From an uncultured Actinomycetota bacterium (GTDB lineage Bacteria; Actinomycetota; Actinomycetes; Actinomycetales; Microbacteriaceae): 64,000 nt of DNA. Numbering within the stretch: the stretch's first letter is position 1; the number at the start of each line of letters is the position of its first letter. Positions 22,544-35,183 of this stretch are shown here, one piece after another. Location: contig CAWHKF010000010.1 of NCBI GenBank assembly GCA_963829895.1, forward strand, positions 405,925 to 469,924, read 5' to 3'. Made by a program: the position numbers and the translations under genes. Below the pieces are notes generated by a model, which was not told the DNA's origin, searched no databases, and saw nothing but the letters and a program-made list of their open reading frames with translations.

Positions 22544-23724
22544 ACCACGACGACGTCGTCATCGTCGCCGCCGCGCGGACTCCGCAGGGGCGACTGAAGG
22601 GCCAGCTGGCGCCGCTCACCGCGGTGCAGCTCGGCAGCGCCGCGATCCGGGGAGCGCTCGAGAAGGGCGGCATCCCGGCCGACGCCGTCGATGCGGTGCT
22701 CGTCGGCCAGGTGCTCGCCGCCGGCAGCGGGCAGAACCCCGCGCGCCAGGCGGCGGTGGGTGCCGGCATCCCGTGGGAGGTCCATTCCGGATCGGTCAAC
22801 AAGGTCTGCCTCTCGGGGCTCACGGCGATCATCGACGGCGCGCGCATGCTCGCCGTCGGCGACGCGACCGTCGTGGTGGCCGCCGGCATGGAGTCGATGA
22901 CCCGCTCGCCGCACCTGCTGATGGGCTCGCGCGACGGCTGGGCGTACGGCTCGATCGAGGTGCTCGACCACATGGCGTACGACGGCCTCACCGACGCCTA
23001 CGACCGCGAGAGCATGGGCGCGTCGACCGAGCGGCACAACGAGCGGTTCGAGATCAGCCGCGAGGCACAGGATGCCGTGGCCGCCCGTTCGCACCAGCGG
23101 GCCGCCGCGGCGCAGGCGGACGGCGTGTTCGACGCCGAGATCGTGCCGGTCGAGATCCCGCAGCGCAAGGGCGACCCGGTCGTCGTGACGAAGGACGAGG
23201 GCGTGCGGCCCGAGACGACAGTCGAGACCCTCGCGGGCCTGCGGCCCGCCTTCGCACAGGGCGGCTCGATCACGGCGGGCAACTCGTCGCAGATCTCCGA
23301 CGGCGCCTCGGCGGTCGTGCTCACGACGCGGTCCCACGCCGACGAGAACGGCTGGAACGTCCTCGCCGTCGTCGGCGCGTCCGGCCAGGTCGCCGGCCCC
23401 GACAACTCGCTGCACGCGCAGCCGGCACGGGCGATCGAGAAGGCGCTGGCGAAGCAGGGCATCGCGGCGTCGGACCTCGACCTCGTCGAGATCAACGAGG
23501 CGTTCGGCGCCGTGGTCGCGCGCTCGCAGGCCGAGCTCGGACTCTCCGACGACATCGTCAACCCGCACGGCGGCGGCATCGCGATCGGGCACCCGATCGG
23601 GGCATCCGGCAATCGCCTCGTCGTCCACGCCGTGCACGAGCTCGTCCGTCGCGGCGGCGGCACGGCCGCGGTCGCGCTCTGCGGCGGCGGCGGTCAGGGC
23701 GACGCGCTGATCCTCACGCGCTGA
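22540..23724 (+). CDS. Acetyl-CoA acetyltransferase (thiolase)
   Basis: [25 protein letters not shown]. Confidence 0.92.
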   Translation: MNHDDVVIVAAARTPQGRLKGQLAPLTAVQLGSAAIRGALEKGGIPADAVDAVLVGQVLAAGSGQNPARQAAVGAGIPWEVHSGSVNKVCLSGLTAIIDGARMLAVGDATVVVAAGMESMTRSPHLLMGSRDGWAYGSIEVLDHMAYDGLTDAYDRESMGASTERHNERFEISREAQDAVAARSHQRAAAAQADGVFDAEIVPVEIPQRKGDPVVVTKDEGVRPETTVETLAGLRPAFAQGGSITAGNSSQISDGASAVVLTTRSHADENGWNVLAVVGASGQVAGPDNSLHAQPARAIEKALAKQGIAASDLDLVEINEAFGAVVARSQAELGLSDDIVNPHGGGIAIGHPIGASGNRLVVHAVHELVRRGGGTAAVALCGGGGQGDALILTR

Positions 23725-23743
23725 CCCGAGGTTCCCCCGGAAT

Positions 23744-23796
23744 CGCGAGAGGGTAGATCTCCGCACGGCGAACCTGCGGACATCTACCCTCTCGCG
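23744..23796. repeat. Long palindromic element/terminator between convergent genes
   Basis: CGCGAGAGGGTAGAT-C-TCCGCA..TGCGGA-C-ATCTACCCTCTCGCG, 22-bp stem with one mismatch. Confidence 0.7.
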
Positions 23797-23819
23797 CTGC
23801 CGGGCGGCCAGGCTCGGGG

Positions 23820-24074
23820 TCAGCGGTCGAGGCGGCGCTTGAGCAGCTTCTTCTCGCGGCCGTGGACGGGGGAGTCGTTCGCGACGACCTCGCCGCGCGA
23901 CGCCCGGCGGACATCGACGATCGCGCCGATCGCGAGGGCCAGCGAGATGCCCCAGCTGAGCCACCCGAGTGCCATGCGCCAGGTGAACGGCTCGTTCTCG
24001 CGAAGACCCCTCAACAGCGTCAGCCCGCCGGTGAATGCGGTGAGGATGCCGGTGCCGAAGACGTACTTGCGCAT
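23820..24074 (-). CDS. Small two-TM hypothetical protein
   Basis: 84 aa, two hydrophobic segments, TAACGT -10 six nt before ATG. Confidence 0.7.
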   Translation of the reverse strand: MRKYVFGTGILTAFTGGLTLLRGLRENEPFTWRMALGWLSWGISLALAIGAIVDVRRASRGEVVANDSPVHGREKKLLKRRLDR

Positions 24075-24212
24075 GAGGCCACGTTAGCGCGGGAGCCCGG
24101 ACGGACGCGCCCCTTGACATGGGCACGCCTCGCACGTCAAGGGCGCTCGGGCCGGAGGGGCGCGCTGTTAGCCTGGGGCCGTTGCCGAGTCCACGAACCG
24201 TCAGGAGACCGC

Positions 24213-25694
24213 GTGACAGACCCCCACCCTCCGGCCGCGCCCGAACGCATCGCCGAACTGGTCGTCGTCGCCAATCGCCTTCCCGTCGATCGCGTCGTGG
24301 ACGGCGACGGCGAGGCAGGATGGCGGCGCTCGCCCGGCGGGCTGGTGACCGCTCTCGAGCCGGTCATGCGACGGGCGGACGGCGCGTGGGTGGGATGGCC
24401 GGGCCAGCCCGACATCGAGGTCGACCCGTTCGAGTTCGAGGGCACGCATCTCGTGCCGGTGATGCTCACCTCCGAAGACGTCGAGCTCTACTACGAGGGC
24501 ATGTCGAACGACACCTTCTGGCCGCTGTACCACGACGTCATCGCCGAGCCGCGGTATCGCCGCGTCTGGTGGGACGCATACGTCAAGGTGAACCGTCGCT
24601 TCGCCGAAGCCGCCGCTGCGGTCGCCGCGGACGGCGCGACGGTGTGGGTGCAGGACTATCAGCTGCAGCTCGTCCCGCAGATGCTGCGCGACGCGCGCCC
24701 CGACCTCACCATCGGCTACTTCCACCACATTCCCTTCCCGGCATACGGCCTGTACTCCCAGCTGCCGTGGCGCCGCCAGGTGCTCGAGGGGCTGCTGGGC
24801 GCGGATGTCATCGGCTTCCAGCGCGTCGCGGATGCCGGCAACTTCGCTCGCGCCGTGCGTCGTCAGCTGCGCTACGACACCAAGGCGTCGGGCATCACCG
24901 TCCCCGGCCCGGACGGCACCAGCCGACGGGCGCTGGCGAAGGCGTTCCCCATCTCCATCGACGCCTCGTCCTACATCGAGCTCGCCCGGCGCGACGACGT
25001 GAGGGCGCGCGCGAAGGAGATCCGCGAGAGCCTGGGCAACCCGAAGAAGATCCTGCTGGGCGTCGACCGGCTCGACTACACCAAGGGCATCCGCCACCGG
25101 ATGAAGGCGTTCGGCGAACTGCTGGAGGACGGCAAGATCGCCGTCGAGGAGGTGACGCTCGTGCAGGTCGCGAGCCCGAGCCGGGAGCGCGTCGCGGCGT
25201 ACATGCAGCTCCGCGACGAGATCGAGCTCACCGTCGGCCGCATCAACGGCGACCACGACACCATGGGCCACACCGCGATCCGCTACCTCCACCAGGCCTA
25301 TCCCCGCGAAGAGATGGTGGCGCTGTTCCTCGCCGCCGACGTCATGCTGGTCACCGCGCTCCGCGACGGCATGAACCTCGTCGCCAAGGAGTACGTCGCC
25401 TCCCGCATCGACAACCGCGGCGTGCTGGTGCTGAGCGAGTTCGCCGGCGCCGCCGACGAGCTGCCGAGCGCGGTGCGCATCAATCCCCACGACATCGACG
25501 GCATGAAGGACGCGATCATGCGCGCCATCGAGATGCCGTCCGCGGAGCAGGGCCGCCGCATGCGGGCACTGCGCCGGAAGGTGGTCGAGAACGACGTCGC
25601 GCGCTGGTCGCAGTCCTTCCTCGACGCCCTCGACGGCGCCCGCGAGCGCAACAGGTTCCCCGCCCTCAACCGCGCTGCGGAGGCGAACGCATGA
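24213..25694 (+). CDS. otsA: Trehalose-6-phosphate synthase
   Basis: VVANRLP, SPGGLV, WPLYH, WVQDYQL, HIPFP, RLDYTKG, DGMNLVAKE. Confidence 0.95.
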   Translation: MTDPHPPAAPERIAELVVVANRLPVDRVVDGDGEAGWRRSPGGLVTALEPVMRRADGAWVGWPGQPDIEVDPFEFEGTHLVPVMLTSEDVELYYEGMSNDTFWPLYHDVIAEPRYRRVWWDAYVKVNRRFAEAAAAVAADGATVWVQDYQLQLVPQMLRDARPDLTIGYFHHIPFPAYGLYSQLPWRRQVLEGLLGADVIGFQRVADAGNFARAVRRQLRYDTKASGITVPGPDGTSRRALAKAFPISIDASSYIELARRDDVRARAKEIRESLGNPKKILLGVDRLDYTKGIRHRMKAFGELLEDGKIAVEEVTLVQVASPSRERVAAYMQLRDEIELTVGRINGDHDTMGHTAIRYLHQAYPREEMVALFLAADVMLVTALRDGMNLVAKEYVASRIDNRGVLVLSEFAGAADELPSAVRINPHDIDGMKDAIMRAIEMPSAEQGRRMRALRRKVVENDVARWSQSFLDALDGARERNRFPALNRAAEANA

Positions 25695-26570
25695 CGCTCG
25701 ATCTCGCCGACGACGTGCGCGAAGCGATCGCCGGCGTCGCGGCATCCGATCTGCTGCTCGTCGCGCTGGACTTCGACGGCACCCTGTCACCGCTCGCGGA
25801 CGAGCCGATGGACGCACGGATGCTGCCTGCCGCGCGCGACGCGGTGAACGCCGTGGTCGCCGCACCCGACACCGTCGTGGCGTTCGTCTCGGGGCGCAGC
25901 CTCGTCGACCTGCGGGTGATCGCCGAGCACGACGACACCTCGCGCATCCTGCTCGCCGGATCCCACGGTGCGGAGTTCTGGAGCCCGGATGAAGGGGCTG
26001 CGGAGCCACGGCGAGGACGAGGCCGATGTGGCGCTGCGCGACGCGATGCGGGCGCATGCCGAGGCCGCGACCGCGAACCTGGACGGCGTCTGGATCGAGC
26101 CCAAGACGTTCGGGTTCGGCGTGCACACCCGACGCGCCGCCGCCGAAGCCGCCGCGGAGGCGAATCGCCTGGCCGACGAGATCGTCGCGGCGGAAGCCCC
26201 GCACTGGCGGCGGCGCACCGGGCACAACATCGTCGAGTTCGCCTTCCGCCACGAGGGCAAGGACTCCGCGATCGCGGAGCTGCGTGAGCGCGTGGGCGCC
26301 ACGGCCGTGCTCTTCGCGGGGGACGACGTCACCGACGAGGACGCGCTGGCGAGCCTGGGCGCCGACGACCTCGGCGTGCGCGTCGGTGACGGCCCGACCG
26401 CGGCGGCGGTGCGTGTGCCCGACATCGCCGCTCTCGCCGACCTCCTGACGCTGCTCGCGGCAGAGCGGACCGCCTGCGCCGCTGAGCCTCGCGGCCGGCC
26501 GTCGCTCGGGCCGAGGCGGGCGCACACGGGGATTCCGACACCTCGGAAGTGCGATCCTCCCGCGGCATAG
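25691..26570 (+). CDS. otsB: Trehalose-6-phosphate phosphatase; frameshift near 26000, 3' end uncertain
   Basis: LDFDGTL, VSGR, GSHGAE, GK..AI, AGDDVTDEDA. Confidence 0.9.
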
Positions 26571-26579
26571 AATCAGACA

Positions 26580-28298
26580 ATGGCCCAGCCCCATTCGCCC
26601 GCTGACAACACGATCGACATCAAGCCCCGCAGCCGCGTCGTCACCGACGGCATCGAAGCCACGACATCGCGCGGCATGCTCCGTGCGGTCGGCATGGGGG
26701 ATGCGGACTGGGACAAGCCGCAGATCGGCATCGCGTCGAGCTGGAACGAGATCACCCCCTGCAACCTCAGCCTCGACCGGCTCGCACAGGGCGCCAAGGA
26801 GGGTGTGCACGCCGGCGGCGGCTACCCGCTGCAGTTCGGCACCATCTCGGTGTCGGACGGCATCTCGATGGGCCACGAGGGCATGCACTTCTCGCTCGTC
26901 TCGCGCGAGGTCATCGCCGACTCGGTCGAGACGGTCATCATGGCCGAGCGCCTCGACGGCTCGGTGCTCCTCGCCGGCTGCGACAAGTCGATCCCGGGCA
27001 TGCTGATGGCGTCCGCCCGGCTGGACCTGTCGAGCGTCTTCCTCTATGCCGGGTCGATCGCTCCCGGCTGGGTGAAGCTCTCGGACGGCACCGAGAAGGA
27101 CGTGACGATCATCGACTCGTTCGAAGCCGTCGGCGCCTGCCTCGCGGGCAAGATGAGCGAGGCCGACCTCAAGCGCATCGAGTGCGCGATCGCCCCGGGC
27201 GAGGGCGCGTGCGGCGGCATGTACACCGCGAACACGATGGCCTCGGTCGCCGAGGCGCTGGGCCTCAGCCTTCCCGGCTCGGCAGCGCCGCCCTCGGCGG
27301 ACCGCCGCCGCGACTACTTCGCGCACCGCTCGGGCGAGGCCGTCGTCAACCTGCTGCGTCAGGGCATCACGACGCGCGACATCCTCACCAAGGAGGCGTT
27401 CGAGAACGCGATCGCCCTCGCGATGGCGCTCGGCGGCTCCACCAACGTCGTGCTGCACCTCCTCGCCATCGCGCGCGAGGCCGACGTCGACCTGAGCCTG
27501 CACGACTTCAACCGCATCGGCGACAAGGTCCCGCACGTGGCCGACATGAAGCCGTTCGGCAAGTACGTCATGAACGACGTCGACCGTCACGGCGGCATCC
27601 CGGTGATCATGAAGGCCATGCTCGACGAGGGCCTGCTGCACGGCGACGCGCTCACCGTCACGGGCAAGACCCTCGCCGAGAACCTCGCCGACCTGAACCC
27701 GGACCCGGTCGACGGCACCGTCATCCACTCGTTCGACAACCCGATCCACGCGAGCGGCGGCATCACGATCCTGCACGGCTCGATCGCCCCCGAAGGCGCC
27801 GTCGTGAAGTCGGCCGGCTTCGACGCCGATGTGTTCGAGGGCCCCGCGCGTGTGTTCGAGCGAGAGCGCGCCGCGATGGACGCCCTCGAGGCCGGAGCGA
27901 TCCAGGCCGGCGACGTCGTGGTGATCCGCTACGAGGGCCCGAAGGGCGGCCCCGGCATGCGCGAGATGCTCGCCATCACCGCGGCCATCAAGGGCGCTGG
28001 GCTCGGAAAAGATGTACTACTCTTGACGGACGGACGATTCTCAGGCGGCACAACCGGCCTGTGCATCGGCCACATAGCACCCGAAGCGGTGGACGCTGGT
28101 CCCATCGCCTTCGTGCGCGATGGTGATCTGATACGGGTCGATATCGCGGCTCGCACTCTCGACCTACTCGTCGACGAGGCTGAGCTTGACTCCCGCCGCT
28201 CTGGCTGGGAGCCGCTTCCTCCGCGCTATACCCGTGGCGTTCTTGCCAAGTACTCCCGACTCGTGCGCTCCGCTGCGGAGGGCGCGACCACCGGTTGA
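26580..28298 (+). CDS. ilvD: Dihydroxy-acid dehydratase
   Basis: [33 protein letters not shown]; TAGAAT six nt before ATG. Confidence 0.97.
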   Translation: MAQPHSPADNTIDIKPRSRVVTDGIEATTSRGMLRAVGMGDADWDKPQIGIASSWNEITPCNLSLDRLAQGAKEGVHAGGGYPLQFGTISVSDGISMGHEGMHFSLVSREVIADSVETVIMAERLDGSVLLAGCDKSIPGMLMASARLDLSSVFLYAGSIAPGWVKLSDGTEKDVTIIDSFEAVGACLAGKMSEADLKRIECAIAPGEGACGGMYTANTMASVAEALGLSLPGSAAPPSADRRRDYFAHRSGEAVVNLLRQGITTRDILTKEAFENAIALAMALGGSTNVVLHLLAIAREADVDLSLHDFNRIGDKVPHVADMKPFGKYVMNDVDRHGGIPVIMKAMLDEGLLHGDALTVTGKTLAENLADLNPDPVDGTVIHSFDNPIHASGGITILHGSIAPEGAVVKSAGFDADVFEGPARVFERERAAMDALEAGAIQAGDVVVIRYEGPKGGPGMREMLAITAAIKGAGLGKDVLLLTDGRFSGGTTGLCIGHIAPEAVDAGPIAFVRDGDLIRVDIAARTLDLLVDEAELDSRRSGWEPLPPRYTRGVLAKYSRLVRSAAEGATTG

Positions 28299-28345
28299 GC
28301 CTGGTTTCCGGCATCCCGTCCGACCCATCTGTGAGGAATCTCACC

Positions 28346-30153
28346 ATGTCAGCCGACACCGCCGCGGCCGTTCCCCGGCCGCCCGCCCGCACCGCCTCGA
28401 CGCCCGTGCTCACGGGCGCGGAAGCGGTCGTCCGCTCCCTCGACCTGCTGGGGGTGACCGACGTCTTCGGTCTTCCCGGCGGGGCGATCATGCCCGTCTA
28501 CGACCCCCTCATGGACGACGAGTCGGTGCGTCACATCCTCGTCCGCCACGAGCAGGGCGCCGGTCACGCCGCCGAGGGCTATGCCGCGGCATCCGGTCGC
28601 GTCGGCGTCGCCATCGCGACCTCCGGCCCGGGCGCCACCAACCTCGTCACCGCGATCGCCGACGCCTACATGGACTCCGTGCCGATCGTCTGCATCACGG
28701 GCCAGGTGTTCTCGACCCTCATGGGCACGGACGCCTTCCAGGAGGCCGACATCGTCGGCATCACGATGCCGATCACCAAGCACTCGTTCCTGGTCAAGCG
28801 CGCCGAGGACATCCCCGGCGCGATCGCCGCGGCGTTCGAGATCGCGTCGACCGGTCGCCCCGGCCCCGTGCTCGTCGACATCACGAAGGACGCCCAGCAG
28901 GCCGAGGCGCCCTTCGTGTGGCCGCCGCAGATCGACCTCCCCGGCTACCGGCCGGTGACCAAGGCGCACGGCAAGCAGATCCAGGCCGCGGCGCAGCTGA
29001 TCGCCGACGCCAAGAAGCCCGTGCTGTACGTCGGCGGCGGCGTGATCCGCTCGCGGGCGTCCGCAGAGCTGCGCTCGCTCGCCGAGACGACCGGCGCACC
29101 CGTCGTGACCACGCTCATGGCACGCGGCGCGTTCCCCGACTCGCACCCGCAGCATCTGGGCATGCCCGGCATGCACGGCACCGTCCCGGCGGTGCTCGCG
29201 CTGCAGGAGGCAGACCTGCTCGTCGCCCTCGGTGCGCGGTTCGACGACCGCGTCACCGGCAAGGCGGCGCTCTTCGCGCCGAACGCGAAGGTCGTGCACG
29301 TCGACATCGACCCGGCCGAGATCTCGAAGATCCGCACCGCCGACGTCCCGATCGTCGGCGACCTGAAGGATGTGCTCGTCGACCTCGATGCGGCGTTCCG
29401 TGCGCTGAGCGAGCGGCTCCGCTCCCGACATCGCCGAGTGGTGGTCGTTCCTCGACGGCCTGCGCGACGAGTTCCCGCTCGGCTACTCGCAGCCGACCGA
29501 CGGCCTGATGTCGCCGCAGTACGTCATCAAGCGCATCGGCGAGCTGACCGGACCCGAGGGCATCTACGCCGCCGGCGTGGGTCAGCACCAGATGTGGGCC
29601 GCGCAGTTCATCAAGTACGAGCGTCCGAATGCGTGGCTGAACTCCGGCGGCGCCGGCACGATGGGCTACTCGGTGCCCGCCGCCATGGGCGCCAAGGTCG
29701 CCGAGCCCGACCGCCACGTGTGGGCGATCGACGGCGACGGCTGCTTCCAGATGACCAATCAGGAGCTCGCCACCTGCGCGATCAACAAGATCCCGATCAA
29801 GGTCGCGATCATCAACAACTCGTCGCTGGGCATGGTGCGCCAGTGGCAGACGCTGTTCTACGACGGCCGCCACTCGCACACCGACCTCAACACGGGCCAC
29901 GGCACCGTGCGCATCCCCGACTTCGTGAAGCTGGCGGAGGCGTACGGGTGTCTCGCGATCCGCGTCGAGAAGGAGGAGGACGTGGATGCCGCGATCCGGA
30001 CCGCCCTCGAGACCAACGATCGCCCGGTGGTCATCGACTTCGTCGTGAGCGCCGACGCGATGGTGTGGCCGATGGTGCCCGCAGGGCGTCAGCAACAGCT
30101 ACGTCCAGTACGCGCGGGATCACTCGCCCGCCTTCGACGAGCAGGAGGACTGA
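28346..30153 (+). CDS. ilvB: Acetolactate synthase large subunit; frameshifts near 29410 and 30085
   Basis: RHEQGA, SGPGATN, GQHQMW, GDGCFQM..NN ThDP motif. Confidence 0.95.
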
Positions 30154-31734
<1,581 letters not shown>

Positions 31735-31770
31735 TCGACCCTTCTGCCTCGCGCGTCGCGCGCAGCACCG

Positions 31771-31801
31771 AGAGCCCGGCCCCGCGAAGGGGCCGGGCTC
31801 T
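31771..31801 (+). terminator. ilv operon terminator
   Basis: AGAGCCCGGCCCC-gcgaa-GGGGCCGGGCTCT followed by TCCGTTT. Confidence 0.8.
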
Positions 31802-31907
31802 TCCGTTTGCGCGCAGACCCGGTCGGAGCCTTGCTGAGAGTTTCCTCATGCGCCGGTCCTTGTCGCGGCGACGCGGGCGTGGTGTGATCCTCGCCATGGG
31901 AGAACAC

Positions 31908-33754
31908 ATGCCTGATCACGCATCCGACCACGAATCCGACCGCGACTGGCCCCTCTGGCGGACACCCCGCCACGGTCGGGCCTCAGTCGACGGAACTTCC
32001 TCGTCGGTGCCTCGGCGGCCGGCGTGCTCGCCGCGGCGGGCTGGGTGCAGACGCCGCGGGCAGTGGCGGCGGGTGGCGGGAAGTCCGTCACGATCACGAT
32101 CATGGGCACCTCCGACATCCATGCCAATGTGCTCAACTGGGACTACTACAAAGACGCCGCCTACGGTGACAGCGCGGGCAACACCATCGGCCTGGCGCGC
32201 GTGTCGAGCCTCGTCAACCAGATCCGCGCCGACCGCGGCCGCGAGCGCACGCTGCTCTTCGACGCCGGCGACACCATCCAGGGGTCTCCGCTCGGGTTCT
32301 ACTACGCCACCGTCGACCCGGTGACCGAGTCCGGCGCCGTCCACCCGGTCGCCGCGGGGTTCAACGCGATCGGGTACGACGCGGTGGCGCTCGGCAACCA
32401 CGAGTTCAACTACGGGCTCGACTTCCTCGACTACTGGATCTCGCAGCTGGATGCCCCGGCACTGGCCGCCAACGCCGTGCATGCCGGCACCACCGAGCCG
32501 GCGTTCCAGCCCTACGTCGTCAAGAAGATGCACGTACCCGGGTACAAGCCGATCCGCGTCGGCGTCCTGGGTCTCACCAACCCCGGCGTCGTGATCTGGG
32601 ACAAGAGCAACGTGAGCGGCCGCATCGACGTGCTCGACGTCGTCGAGACGGCGGCACGCTGGGTCGCCGTCATGCGCGCCGAGGGCGTGGATGTCGTGGT
32701 GGTGAGCGTGCACGCCGGCGACAGCGGCCTGTCGTCCTACGGCAGCGACATCCCGGTCGAGAACGCTGCCCGCATGCTGGCCGAGGAGGTGCCGGGCATC
32801 GACGCGATCCTGTTCGGGCATGCGCACCTCGACAAGCCGGAGGTGCGGGTGACGAACAAGGTCACCGGCAAAGAGGTCGTCATGAGCGAACCGAAGAACT
32901 GGGGCCAGCGGCTCAGCGTGTTCGATCTGGAGCTCACGATGGAGCGCGGCCAGTGGGGCGTCACCACCGCGAGGTCGCTCACGCTGAACACCAACACCGT
33001 CGCCGACGATCCCGCAATCGTGCAGGTCGTGCAGGCGCAGCACGACGCGGTCGTCGCGTACGTGAACACGCCCGTGGCGACCTCGACCGAGACGCTGTCG
33101 GCCGCGGAGTCCTGCTGGAAGGACACCGCGATCCTCGACTATGTCAACCACGTGCAGATCGACACGGTCTCGAAGGCGATCGCGGGCACCGCCGAGGCAT
33201 CCCTGCCGATCATCTCGCTCGCGGCGCCGTTCAACCGTGCGGCGACCTTCCCCGCGGGGCAGGTGACGATCAAGGATGTCGCGGGCCTGTACATCTACGA
33301 CAACACGCTGCTCGGATCGGTGCTCACGGGTGCTCAGATCAAGGACTACCTCGAGTTCTCCGCGAAGTACTTCCTGACGGTCGCACCGGGCGCACCGGTG
33401 GCCCCGGCGACATGGACCAACGCCCAGGGAACTCCGGACTACAACTTCGACCAGTTCTCGGGCGTGACCTACGACATCGACATCTCGCAGCCGCAGGGCT
33501 CCCGCATCGCGAACCTCGCGTGGCAGGGCACCCCGGTGGCCGCCGACCAGCGGTTCGTGGTCGCCGTCAACAACTACCGTCAGTCCGGCGGTGGCGGGTT
33601 CCCGCACATCGCGGCCGCGCCGGTGGTCTACAACGCCCAGGTCGCCATCCGCGAGGCGATCGTGGCCTTCGCGTCGGAGACGGGGGTCATCGACCCCGCG
33701 GACTTCCACGTCGTGAACTGGAGGCTCGTGCGGGCGGGTACGCCGGTCTTCTGA
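31908..33754 (+). CDS. Tat-exported 2',3'-cyclic-nucleotide 2'-phosphodiesterase/5'-nucleotidase; probable frameshift before the Tat motif
   Basis: SRRNFL Tat motif; SDIH, DAGD, GNHEFNYG, GHAH; C-terminal NNYR..GGG. Confidence 0.85.
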
Positions 33755-33964
33755 TCCGGTGGCGATGGCCCGGCTCCCTCGGGCGGGAGCCGGGCTGCTC
33801 GTCGCGTCGAGCGTCCAGAGGGCGACACCCTCTCGACCGGAGACGGCGAATGCGGTTCCGTCCCGAGCGAGCGAAGCCCGGCCGACCCCGCGTTGTTCCA
33901 TCGCATCGCCGGGCGGTCGATCGGATTCGGATCGTACAGCGATGGCCTGGGGGCGACGGTGGAG

Positions 33965-34058
33965 TCACGGCACGCAGAGGCCGGCCCCACGTATCACGGC
34001 GACAGCGACGCCACTCACACCATCACGGCATCGCCGAACCCGCGGCGGTCATCACGAA
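33965..34058 (+). repeat. Array of four TCACG(GC) units at exact 29-bp period
   Basis: TCACGGC at 33965, 33994, 34023 and TCACGAA at 34052. Confidence 0.6.
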
Positions 34059-34068
34059 AGGAACGGCC

Positions 34069-34275
34069 ATGGACGGGAACACCCTGACATTCACGGCCGA
34101 CCGGCTCGATCGCGAGCGGGCGGCCGGCCTGAACCGCGAGAACGCGATTCTGCGCAGCATCGCCGATCGCGGCGTCACGATCGCGCCGGAGAGCCCGACG
34201 GCACATGCCGTCGCCGGCGTCGGCGTGTGGTTCCGCAGCCTCTTCACGAGACCGCGCCCGCTGCGATTCTCATGA
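34069..34275 (+). CDS. 68-aa hypothetical protein
   Basis: RBS GAAAGGAA, ATG 34069, MDGNTLTFTADRLDRERAAGLNRENAILRSIADRG..; downstream hairpin. Confidence 0.65.
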   Translation: MDGNTLTFTADRLDRERAAGLNRENAILRSIADRGVTIAPESPTAHAVAGVGVWFRSLFTRPRPLRFS

Positions 34276-34283
34276 ATCCGTGG

Positions 34284-34310
34284 GACCCGCCGCCCGGGGA
34301 GCGGCGGGTC
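34284..34310 (+). terminator. Hairpin after small ORF
   Basis: GACCCGCCGC-ccgggga-GCGGCGGGTC. Confidence 0.55.
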
Positions 34311-34361
34311 TCCACGTTGTCTGCGGTGCGCCCGAGCGACGCGCCCGGCTAGGCTCGCGGC

Positions 34362-35078
34362 ATGTCCGCACGTCGTCCCGTCGAGATCGCCGTCCAAGAC
34401 CCCGCCGGCGCCCGCGCCGCCATCGGCGCGGGGGCGGCGCGACTCGAACTGTGCCAGGCGCTCGACGTCGGCGGGCTCACGCCGTCGCTGGCGATCCTCG
34501 AGGGGGTCCTGGCCGCGGTCGACCCGTCGACGGTCAACGTCCTCGTGCGTCCCCGTGGCGGCGGCTTCGTGTACAGCCCCGAGGAGGTCGCTCTGGTGGC
34601 CGCCGACATCCGCGCCTGCGTCGATCGCGGTGCGGGCGGCGTGGTCGTCGGCGCGCTGACACCGGCCGGCGGCCTCGACGTCGACGCGCTTCGCAGATGG
34701 CGGGATGCCGCGGGCCCCGCCACGCTCGTGTTCCACCGCGCCGTCGACGCGGCAGCCGACCCGGCCGAGGTCTTCGACGCGCTCGTGGCGGAGGGTGTGG
34801 ACCGTGTGCTGACCTCCGGCGGCGCGCCCCGGTCCATCGACGGCCTCGCCGCGCTCGCCGCGTTCAGCGCCCGGTCCGGGCCTGTCGAGGTCATGGCCGG
34901 CGGCGGAGTGCAGCCCGCCGACATCCCCGCGCTCTTCGCCGCCGGCGTCGACGCCGTGCACCTGTCGGCGCGCTCGCGCGCCGGCCACGATGCGCCATCG
35001 GGACCGGGCGGCGGCTCCGCCGGCCACGACGTCACCGATCCCGGGATCGTCGCCGAGGCTGTCGCGGCCGCCGGCTGA
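34362..35078 (+). CDS. cutC: Copper homeostasis protein CutC family
   Basis: RLELC..GGLTPS, LVRPRGGGFVY, FHRAVD, VLTSG. Confidence 0.92.
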   Translation: MSARRPVEIAVQDPAGARAAIGAGAARLELCQALDVGGLTPSLAILEGVLAAVDPSTVNVLVRPRGGGFVYSPEEVALVAADIRACVDRGAGGVVVGALTPAGGLDVDALRRWRDAAGPATLVFHRAVDAAADPAEVFDALVAEGVDRVLTSGGAPRSIDGLAALAAFSARSGPVEVMAGGGVQPADIPALFAAGVDAVHLSARSRAGHDAPSGPGGGSAGHDVTDPGIVAEAVAAAG

Positions 35079-35183
35079 GGATCCGTCGCGCCTTTCGGCG
35101 CGGACGTATCACGGCGCGTCGGCGGCACCTCGGAATCGAGTGGGGCGGAAGCCCCGCATCGGACACCGATCAGAGGAGCCGTC

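Noticed and set aside
24201-27776. 1191-aa antisense ORF and similar long shadow ORFs
   Set aside because: Mirror frames of high-GC3 genes lack stops; no recognisable motifs.
33962-34060. CRISPR array
   Set aside because: Repeats are only 5-7 bp and no cas genes are present; kept as an unexplained micro-array.
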